Shown here in pieces: positions 42,301 to 53,800 of a stretch of 64,000 bases of DNA. This DNA is from Auanema rhodensis (lineage: Eukaryota; Animalia; Nematoda): positions 2,728,001 to 2,792,000 of the forward strand of contig OZ059895.1 in the NCBI GenBank assembly GCA_964057225.1, given 5' to 3'. Made by a program: the position numbers and the translations under genes. The number at the start of each line of letters is the position of its first letter. Positions within the stretch are counted from its first letter, which is position 1. The notes below the pieces were generated by a model. It made no database searches and was not told where the DNA came from. It saw only the letters and a program-made list of their open reading frames with translations.

Positions 42301-44579
42301 CGTTGAATTACATTGTCCATCGTCTTTGCCTTGAAAAAAGGAATCTAAAAACATCTACTTTTTGCTAAATTATCTTGAAATTTTTCGAAAAAATTTTTGT
42401 CAAAATGTTTTTGGAAGCAATGTTGAGTGTACATGGAAACTCAACATACACTCATGCATCATTTTTCAAACGATCATAACTAATTTTTGTATTAAGCGTT
42501 TCTCAATGTAGTATAGTGCATTCGATGCGGATTTTTAAGCTGCGTCGATCTGTGTTATCAAATTTGCGCTTGCTTAAAAATGCACCGAGATATCAACTGA
42601 TATAAGTTCACACTTATATCCTCGATTTTCACCCTGAAGAATTAATTTTTTCGTTGAATAACATTGTCCATCGTCTTCGCCTTGAAAAAAGGAATCTAAA
42701 AACATCTACTATTTGCTAAATTATTTTGAAATTTTTCGAAAAAATTTTTGTCAAAATGTTTTTGGAAGCAATGTTGAGTGTACATGGAAACTCAACATAC
42801 ACTAATGCATCATTTTTCGAACAATCATAACTAATTTTTGTATTAAGCGTTTCTCAATGTAGTATAGTGCATTCGATGCGGATTTTTAAGCTGCGTCGAT
42901 CTGTGTTATCAGATTTGCGTTAGCTTAAAAATGCACCGAGATATCAACTGATATAAGTTCACACTTATATCCTCGATTTTCACCCTGAAGAATTAATTTT
43001 TTCGTTGAATAACATTGTCCATCGTCTTTGCCTTGAAAAATGGAATCTGAAAACATCTACTTTTTGCTAAAGTATTTAGAAATTTTTCGAAAAAATTTTT
43101 GTCAAAATGTTTTTGGAAGCAATGTTGAGTGTACATGGAAACTCAACATACACTAATGCATCATTTTTCAAACGATCATAACTAATTTTTGTATTCAGCG
43201 TTTCTCAATGTAGTATAGTGCATTCGATGCGGATTTTTAAGCTGCGTCGATCTGTGTTATCAGATTTGCGCTAGCTTAAAAATGCACCGAGATATCAACT
43301 GATATAAGTTCACACTTATATCCTCGATTTTCACCCTGAAGAATTAATTTTTTCGTTGAATAACATTGTCCATCGTCTTCGCCTCGAAAAAAGGAATCTA
43401 AAAACATCTACTTTTCGCTAAATTATTTTGAAATTTTTCGAAAAAATTTTTGTCAAAATGTTTTTGGAAGCAATGTTGAGTGTACATGGAAACTCAACAT
43501 ACACTAATGCATCATTTTTCAAACAATCATAACTAATTTTTGTATTAAGCGTTTCTCAATGTAGTATAGTGCATTCGATGCGGATTTTTAAGCTGCGTCG
43601 ATCTGTGTTATCAGATTTGCGTTAGCTTAAAAATGCACCGAGATATCAACTGATATAAGTTCACACTTATATCCTCGATTTTCACCCTGAAGAATTAATT
43701 TTTTCGTTGAATAACATTGTCCATCGTCTTCGCCTCAAAAAAAGGAATCTAAAAACATCTACTTTTCGCTAAATTATTTTGAAATTTTTCGAAAAAATTT
43801 TTGTCAAAATGTTTTTGGAAGCAATGTTGAGTGTACATGGAAACTCAACATACACTAATGCATCATTTTTCAAACAATCATAACTAATTTTTGTATTAAG
43901 CGTTTCTCAATGTAGTATAGTGCATTCGATGCGGATTTTTAAGCTGCGTCGATCTGTGTTATCAGATTTGCGTTAGCTTAAAAATGCACCGAGATATCAA
44001 CTGATATAAGTTCACACTTATATCCTCGATTTTCACCCTGAAGAATTAATTTTTTCGTTGAATAACATTGTCCATCGTCTTTGCCTTGAAAAATGGAATC
44101 TGAAAACATCTACTTTTTGCTAAATTATTTAGAAATTTTTCGAAAAAATTTTTGTCAAAATGTTTTTGGAAGCAATGTTGAGTGTACATGGAAACTCAAC
44201 ATACACTAATGCATCATTTTTCAAACGATAATAACTAATTTTTGTATTCAGCGTTTCTCAATGTAGTATAGTGCATTCGATGCGGATTTTTAAGCTGCGT
44301 CGATCTGTGTTATCAGATTTGCGCTAGCTTAAAAATGCACCGAGATATCAACTGATATAAGTTCACACTTATATCCTCGATTTTCACCCTGAAGAATTAA
44401 TTTTTTCGTTGAATAACATTGTCCATCGTCTTCGCCTTGAAAAAAGGAATCTAAAAACATCTACTTTTTGCTAAATTATTTTGAAATTTTTCGAAAAAAT
44501 TTTTGTCAAAATGTTTTTGGAAGCAATGTTGAGTGTACATGGAAACTCAACATACACTAATGCATCATTTTTCAAACAA

Positions 44580-47500
44580 CCATAACTAATTTTTGTATTA
44601 AGCGTTTCTCAATGTAGTATAGTGCATTCGATGCGGATTTTTAAGCTGCGTCGATCTGTGTTATCAGATTTGCGTTAGCTTAAAAATGCACCGAGATATC
44701 AACTGATATAAGTTCACACTTATATCCTCGATTTTCACCCTGAAGAATTAATTTTTTCGTTGAATAACATTGTCCATCGTCTTTGCCTTGAAAAAAGAAA
44801 TCTAAAAACATCTACTTTTTGCTAATTTATTTTGAAATTTTTCGAAAAAATTTTTGTCAAAATGTTTTTGGAAGCAATGTTGAGTGTACATGGAAACTCA
44901 ACATACACTAATGCATCATTTTTCAAACGATCATAACTAATTTTTGTATTAAGCGTTTCTCAATGTAGTAAAGTGCATTCGATGCGGATTTTCAAGCTGC
45001 GTCGATCTGTGTTATCAGATTTGCGCTAGCTTAAAAATACACCGAGATATCAACTGATATAAGTTCACACTTATATCCTCGATTTTCACCCTGAAGAATT
45101 AATTTTTTCGTTGAATAACATTGTCCATCGTCTTTGCCTTGGAAAAAGGAATCTAAAAACATCTACTTTTCGCTAATTTATTTTGAAATTTTTCGAGAAA
45201 ATTTTTGTCAAAATGTTTTTGGAAGCAATGTTGAGTGTACATGGAAACTCAACATACAATAATGCATCATTTTTCAAACAATCATAACTAATTTTTGTAT
45301 TAAGCGTTTCTCAATGTAGTATAGTGCATTCGATGCGGATTTTTAAGCTGCGTCGATCTGTGTTATCAGATTTGCGCTAGCTTAAAAATGCACCGAGATA
45401 TCAACTGATATAAGTTCACACTTATATCCTCGATTTTCACCCTGAAGAATTAATTTTTTCGTTGAATAACATTGTCCATCGTCTTTGCCTTAAAAAAAGG
45501 AATCTAAAAACATCTACTTTTTGCTAATTTATTTTGAAATTTTTCGAAAAAATTTTTGTCAAAATGTTTTTGGAAGCAATGTTGAGTGTACATGGAAACT
45601 CAACATACACTAATGCATCATTTTTCAAACGATCATAACTAATTTTTGTATTAAGCGTTCCTCAAAGTAGTATAGTGCATTCGATGCGGATTTTTAAGCT
45701 GCGTCGATCTATGTTATCAGATTTGCGCTAGCTTAAAAATGCACCGAGATATCAACTGATATAAGTTCACACTTATATCCTCGATTTTCACCCTGAAGAA
45801 TTAATTTTTTCGTTGAATTACATTGTCCATCGTCTTTGCCTTGAAAAAAGGAATCTAAAAACATCTACTTTTTGCTAAATTATCTTGAAATTTTTCGAAA
45901 AAATTTTTGTCAAAATGTTTTTGGAAGCAATGTTGAGTGTACATGGAAACTCAACATACACTAATGCATCATTTTTCAAACGATCATAACTAATTTTTGT
46001 ATTAAGCGTTTCTCAATGTAGTAAAGTGCATTCGATGCGGATTTTCAAGCTGCGTCGATCTGTGTTATCAGATTTGCGCTAGCTTAAAAATACACCGAGA
46101 TATCAACTGATATAAGTTCACACTTATATCCTCGATTTTCACCCTGAAGAATTAATTTTTTCGTTGAATAACATTGTCCATCGTCTTTGCCTTGGAAAAA
46201 GGAATCTAAAAACATCTACTTTTCGCTAATTTATTTTGAAATTTTTCGAGAAAATTTTTGTCAAAATGTTTTTGGAAGCAATGTTGAGTGTACATGGAAA
46301 CTCAACATACACTAATGCATCATTTTTCAAACAATCATAACTAATTTTTGTATTCAGCGTTTCTCAATGTAGTATAGTGCATTCGATGCGGATTTTTAAG
46401 CTGCGTCGATCTGTGTTATCAGATTTGCGCTAGCTTAAAAATGCACCGAGATATCAACTGATATAAGTTCACACTTATATCCTCGATTTTCACCCTGAAG
46501 AATTAATTTTTTCGTTGAACAACATTGTCCATCGTCTTCGCCTTGAAAAAAGGAATCTAAAAACCTCTACTTTTTGCTAAATTATTTTGAAATTTTTCGA
46601 AAAAATTTTTGTCAAAATGTTTTTGGAAGCAATGTTGAGTGTACATGGAAACTCAACATACACTAATGCATCATTTTTCAAACAACCATAACTAATTTTT
46701 GTATTAAGCGTTTCTCAATGTAGTATAGTGCATTCGATGCGGATTTTTAAGCTGCGTCGATCTGTGTTATCAGATTTGCGTTAGCTTAAAAATGCACCGA
46801 GATATCAACTGATATAAGTTCACACTTATATCCTCGATTTTCACCCTGAAGAATTAATTTTTTCGTTGAATAACATTGTCCATCGTCTTTGCCTTGAAAA
46901 AAGAAATCTAAAAACATCTACTTTTTGCTAATTTATTTTGAAATTTTTCGAAAAAATTTTTGTCAAAATGTTTTTGGAAGCAATGTTGAGTGTACATGGA
47001 AACTCAACATACACTAATGCATCATTTTTCAAACGATCATAACTAATTTTTGTATTAAGCGTTTCTCAATGTAGTAAAGTGCATTCGATGCGGATTTTCA
47101 AGCTGCGTCGATCTGTGTTATCAGATTTGCGCTAGCTTAAAAATACACCGAGATATCAACTGATATAAGTTCACACTTATATCCTCGATTTTCACCCTGA
47201 AGAATTAATTTTTTCGTTGAATAACATTGTCCATCGTCTTTGCCTTGGAAAAAGGAATCTAAAAACATCTACTTTTCGCTAATTTATTTTGAAATTTTTC
47301 GAGAAAATTTTTGTCAAAATGTTTTTGGAAGCAATGTTGAGTGTACATGGAAACTCAACATACAATAATGCATCATTTTTCAAACAATCATAACTAATTT
47401 TTGTATTAAGCGTTTCTCAATGTAGTATAGTGCATTCGATGCGGATTTTTAAGCTGCGTCGATCTGTGTTATCAGATTTGCGCTAGCTTAAAAATGCACC

Positions 47501-48600
47501 GAGATATCAACTGATATAAGTTCACACTTATATCCTCGATTTTCACCCTGAAGAATTAATTTTTTCGTTGAATAACATTGTCCATCGTCTTTGCCTTAAA
47601 AAAAGGAATCTAAAAACATCTACTTTTTGCTAATTTATTTTGAAATTTTTCGAAAAAATTTTTGTCAAAATGTTTTTGGAAGCAATGTTGAGTGTACATG
47701 GAAACTCAACATACACTAATGCATCATTTTTCAAACGATCATAACTAATTTTTGTATTAAGCGTTCCTCAAAGTAGTATAGTGCATTCGATGCGGATTTT
47801 TAAGCTGCGTCGATCTATGTTATCAGATTTGCGCTAGCTTAAAAATGCACCGAGATATCAACTGATATAAGTTCACACTTATATCCTCGATTTTCACCCT
47901 GAAGAATTAATTTTTTCGTTGAATTACATTGTCCATCGTCTTTGCCTTGAAAAAAGGAATCTAAAAACATCTACTTTTTGCTAAATTATCTTGAAATTTT
48001 TCGAAAAAATTTTTGTCAAAATGTTTTTGGAAGCAATGTTGAGTGTACATGGAAACTCAACATACACTAATGCATCATTTTTCAAACGATCATAACTAAT
48101 TTTTGTATTAAGCGTTTCTCAATGTAGTAAAGTGCATTCGATGCGGATTTTCAAGCTGCGTCGATCTGTGTTATCAGATTTGCGCTAGCTTAAAAATACA
48201 CCGAGATATCAACTGATATAAGTTCACACTTATATCCTCGATTTTCACCCTGAAGAATTAATTTTTTCGTTGAATAACATTGTCCATCGTCTTTGCCTTG
48301 GAAAAAGGAATCTAAAAACATCTACTTTTCGCTAATTTATTTTGAAATTTTTCGAGAAAATTTTTGTCAAAATGTTTTTGGAAGCAATGTTGAGTGTACA
48401 TGGAAACTCAACATACACTAATGCATCATTTTTCAAACAATCATAACTAATTTTTGTATTAAGCGTTTCTCAATGTAGTATAGTGCATTCGATGCGGATT
48501 TTTAAGCTGCGTCGATCTGTGTTATCAGATTTGCGCTAGCTTAAAAATGCACCGAGATATCAACTGATATAAGTTCACACTTATATCCTCGATTTTCACC
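44580..48600. repeat. 6-monomer (2106 bp) tandem duplication within satellite A
   Basis: caaCcataac at 44580 and 46686, tacaAtaat at 45259 and 47365, and cctcaaAgt plus gatctAtg in both copies. End points are approximate. Confidence 0.85.
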
Positions 48601-49088
48601 CTGAAGAATTAATTTTTTCGTTGAATTACATTGTCCATCGTCTTTGCCTTGAAATAAGGAATCTAAAAACATCTACTTTTTGCTAAATTATCTTGAAATT
48701 TTTCGAAAAAATTTTTGTCAAAATGTTTTTGGAAGCAATGTTGAGTGTACATGGAAACTCAACATACACTCATGCATCATTTTTCAAACAATCATAACTA
48801 ATTTTTGTATTAAGCGTTTCTCAATGTAGTATAGTGCATTCGATGCGGATTTTTAAGCTGCGTCGATCTGTGTTATCAGATTTGCGCTTGCTTAAAAATG
48901 CACCGAGATATCAACTGATATAAGTTCACACTTATATCCTCGATTTTCACCCTGAAGAATTAATTTTTTCGTTGAATTACATTGTCCATCGTCTTTGCCT
49001 TGAAAAAAGAAATCTAAAAACATCTACTTTTTGCTAAATTATTTTGAAATTTTTCGAAAAAATTTTTGTCAAAATGTTTTTGGAAGCA

Positions 49089-49114
49089 ATGTTGAGTGTC
49101 AGAACATGTGATCA
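49089..49114. other. Direct junction between satellite A and satellite B
   Basis: The sequence reads atgttgagtgt|cagaacatgtgatca. A would continue acatggaaactc, and B is normally preceded by caaagcat. Only the T at 49099 is ambiguous (1-bp overlap), and there is no filler DNA. Confidence 0.97.
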
Positions 49115-50869
49115 AATTCCAATTTTTTTGTATCTATCTTGTAAAGATAGTAATATATCATATGTTGAACACTATGTTGGAAAGATTTTCATTCAGATTT
49201 TTTAATTTTTATTCAGTTTGTTTTTTAAACTTTGATTAAGAACTTTGATTTTTGTTTACCCATAAATTATACGCAGCACAGGTTACCCTTAAATAATGAA
49301 CTGACCGACTAATCAGACATGGATCTTTCCTAGTTCTGTTGCTTGAACGGATGTTTTCCTACGAAGGCTAGTAAAACATGCCCTTCAAAGCATCAGAACA
49401 TGTGATCACATTCCAATATTTTTGTATCTATCTTGTAAAGATAGTAATATATCATATGTTGAACACTATGTTGGAAAGATTTTAATTCAGATTTTTTCAA
49501 CTTTCACTCAGTTTGTTTTCTAAACTTTGATTGAGAACCTTGTTGTTTGTACACCCATAAAATATACGCAGCACAGGTTACCCTTAAATAATGAACTGAC
49601 CGACTAATCAGACATGGATCTTTCCTAGTTCTGTTGCTTGAATGGATGTTTTCCTACGTAGGCTAGTAAAACATGCCCTTCAAAGCATCAGAACATGTGA
49701 TCACATTCCAATTTTTTTGTATCTATCTTGTAAAGATAGTAATATATCATATGTTGAACACTATGTTGGAAAGATTTTAATTCAGATTTTCGAACTTTTA
49801 TTCAGTTTGTTTTTTAAACTTTGATTAAGAACTTTGATTTTTGTACACCCATAAATTATACGCAGCACAGGTTACCCTTAATTAATGAACTGACCGACTA
49901 ATCAGACATGGATCTTTCCAAGTTCTGTTGCTTGAACGGATGTTTTCCTACGAAGGCTAGTAAAACATGCCCTTCAAAGCATCAGAACATGTGATCACAT
50001 TCCAATATTTTTGTATCTATCTTGTAAAGATAGTAATATATCATATGTTGAACACTATGTTGGAAAGATTTTAATTCGGTTTTTTTTCAACTTTCACTCA
50101 GTTTGTTTTCTTAACTTTGATTAAGAATCTTGTTGTTCGTACACCCATAAAATATACGCAGCACAGGTTACCCTTAAATAATGAACTGACCGACTAATCA
50201 GACATGGATCTTTCCTAGTTCTGTTGCTTGAATGGATGTTTTCCTACGTAGGCTAGTAAAACATGCCCTTCAAAGCATCAGAACATGTGATCACATTCCA
50301 ATTTTTTTGTATCTATCTTGTAAAGATAGTAATATATCATATGTTGAACACTATGTTGGAAAGATTTTAATTCAGATTTTCGAACTTTTATTCAGTTTGT
50401 TTTTTAAACTTTGATTAAGAACTTTGATTTTTGTACACCCATAAATTATACGCAGCACAGGTTACCCTTAATTAATGAACTGACCGACTAATCAGACATG
50501 GATCTTTCCAAGTTCTGTTGCTTGAACGGATGTTTTCCTACGAAGGCTAGTAAAACATGCCCTTCAAAGCATCAGAACATGTGATCACATTCCAATATTT
50601 TTGTATCTATCTTGTAAAGATAGTAATATATCATATGTTGAACACTATGTTGGAAAGATTTTAATTCGGTTTTTTTTCAACTTTCACTCAGTTTGTTTTC
50701 TTAACTTTGATTAAGAATCTTGTTGTTCGTACACCCATAAAATATACGCAGCACAGGTTACCCTTAAATAATGAACTGACCGACTAATCAGACATGGATC
50801 TTTCAAAGTTCTGTTGCTTGAACGGATGTTTTCCTACGTAGGCTAGTAAAACATGCCCTTCAAAGCATC

Positions 50870-53800
50870 AGAACATGTGATCAAATTCCAATTTTTTTGT
50901 ATCTATCTTGTAAAGATAGTAATATATCATATGTTGAACACTATGTTGGAAAAATTTTCAATCAGATTTTTTAATTTTTATTCAGTTTGTTTTTTAAACT
51001 TTGATTAAGAACTTTGATTTTTGTTTACCCATAAATTATACGCAGCACAGGTTACCCTTAAATAATGAACTGACCGACTAATCAGACATGGATCTTTCCA
51101 AGTTCTGTTGCTTGAACGGATGTTTTCCTACGTAGGCTAGTAAAACATGCCCTTCAAAGCATCAGAACATGTGATCACATTCCAATTTTTTTGTATCTAT
51201 CTTGTAAAGATAGTAATATATCATATGTTGAACACTATGTTGGAAAGATTTTAATTCAGATTTTTTCAACTTTCACTCAGTTTGTTTTCTAAACTTTGAT
51301 TAAGAACCTTGTTGTTTGTACACCCATAAAATATACGCAGCACAGGTTACCCTTAAATAATGAACTGACCGACTAATCAGACATGGATCTTTCCTAGTTC
51401 TGTTGCTTGAATGGATGTTTTCCTACGTAGGCTAGTAAAACATGCCTTTCAAAGCATCAGAACATGTGATCAAATTCCAATTTTTTTGTATCTATCTTGT
51501 AAAGATAGTAATATATCATATGTTGAACACTATGTTGGAAAGATTTTCGTTCAGATTTTTTAATTTTTATTCAGTTTGTTTTTTAAACTTTGATTAAGAA
51601 CTTTGATTTTTGTACACCCATAAATTATACGCAGCACAGGTTACCGTTAAATAATGAACTGACCGACTAATCAGACATGGATCTTTCCAAGTTCTGTTGC
51701 TTGAACGGATGTTTTCCTACGTAGGCTAGTAAAACATGCCCTTCAAAGCATCAGAACATGTGATCACATTCCAATTTTTTTGTATCTATCTTGTAAAGAT
51801 AGTAATATATCATATGTTGAACACTATGTTGGAAAGATTTTAATTCAGATCCATAAAATATACGCAGCACAGGTTACCCTTAAATAATGAACTGACCGAC
51901 TAATCAGACATGGATCTTTCCTAGTTCTGTTGCTTGAATGGATGTTTTCCTACGTAGGCTAGTAAAACATGCCCTTCAAAGCATCAGAACATGTGATCAC
52001 ATTCCAATATTTTTGTATCTATCTTGTAAAGATAGTAATATATCATATGTTGAACACTATGTTGGAAAGATTTTAATTCAGATTTTTTCAACTTTCACTC
52101 AGTTTGTTTTCTAAACTTTGATTGAGAACCTTGTTGTTTGTACACCCATAAAATATACGCAGCACAGGTTACCCTTAAATAATGAACTGACCGACTAATC
52201 AGACATGGATCTTTCCTAGTTCTGTTGCTTGAATGGATGTTTTCCTACGTAGGCTAGTAAAACATGCCCTTCAAAGCATCAGAACATGTGATCACATTCC
52301 AATTTTTTTGTATCTATCTTGTAAAGATAGTAATATATCATATGTTGAACACTATGTTGGAAAGATTTTAATTCAGATTTTTGAACTTTTATTCAGTTTG
52401 TTTTTTAAACTTTGATTAAGAACTTTGATTTTTGAACACCCATAAATTATACGCAGCACAGGTTACCCTTAATTAATGAACTGACCGACTAATCAGACAT
52501 GGATCTTTCCAAGTTCTGTTGCTTGAACGGATGTTTTCCTACGAAGGCTAGTAAAACATGCCCTTCAAAGCATCAGAACATGTGATCACATTCCAATATT
52601 TTTGTATCTATCTTGTAAAGATAGTAATATATCATATGTTGAACACTATGTTGGAAAGATTTTAATTCGGTTTTTTTTCAACTTTCACTCAGTTTGTTTT
52701 CTTAACTTTGATTAAGAACCTTGAGTTTTGTACACCCATAAATTATACGCAGCACAGGTTACCCTTAAATAATGAACTGACCGACTAATCAGACATGGAT
52801 CTTTCCTAGTTCTGTTGCTTGAATGGATGTTTTCCTACGTAGGCTAGTAAAACATGCCCTTCAAAGCATCATAACATGTGATCACATTCCAATATTTTTG
52901 TATCTATCTTGTAAAGATAGTAATATATCATATGTTGAACACTATGTTGGAAAGATTTTAATTCAGATTTTTTCAACTTTTATTCAGTTTCTTTTTCAAA
53001 CTTTGATTAAGAACTTTGATTTTCGTACACCCATAAATTATACGCAGCACAGGTTACCCTTAATTAATGAACTGACCGACTAATCAGACATGGATCTTTC
53101 CAAGTTCTGTTGCTTGAACGGATGTTTTCCTACGTAGGCTAGTAAAACATGCCCTTCAAAGCATCAGAACATGTGATCACATTCCAATATTTTTGTATCT
53201 ATCTTGTAAAGATAGTAATATATCATATGTTGAACACTATGTTGGAAAGATTTTAAATCAGATTTTCTCAACTTTCACTCAGTTTGTTTTCTTAACTTTG
53301 ATTAAGAATCTTGTTGTTCGTACACCCATAAAATATACGCAGCACAGGTTACCCTTAAATAATGAACTGACCGACTAATCAGACATGGATCTTTCAAAGT
53401 TCTGTTGCTTGAACGGATGTTTTCCTACGTAGGCTAGTAAAACATGCCCTTCAAAGCATCAGAACATGTGATCAAATTCCAATTTTTTTGTATCTATCTT
53501 GTAAAGATAGTAATATATCATATGTTGAACACTATGTTGGAAAAATTTTCAATCAGATTTTTTAATTTTTATTCAGTTTGTTTTTTAAACTTTGATTAAG
53601 AACTTTGATTTTTGTTTACCCATAAATTATACGCAGCACAGGTTACCCTTAAATAATGAACTGACCGACTAATCAGACATGGATCTTTCCAAGTTCTGTT
53701 GCTTGAACGGATGTTTTCCTACGTAGGCTAGTAAAACATGCCCTTCAAAGCATCAGAACATGTGATCACATTCCAATTTTTTTGTATCTATCTTGTAAAG

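Larger units (their letters stand above)
1..49099. repeat. Satellite DNA array A, 351-bp monomer, head-to-tail, ~140 copies
   Basis: acRatcataactaatttttgtat recurs at 1, 352, 3511 (10x351), 7021 (20x351) and finally 48788 (139x351 minus 2, matching four 1-bp indels near 9535, 11914, 27091, 28143). Monomers differ by a few substitutions only, and I saw no inversion or foreign insertion. The array is open at the left window edge. Confidence 0.99.
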
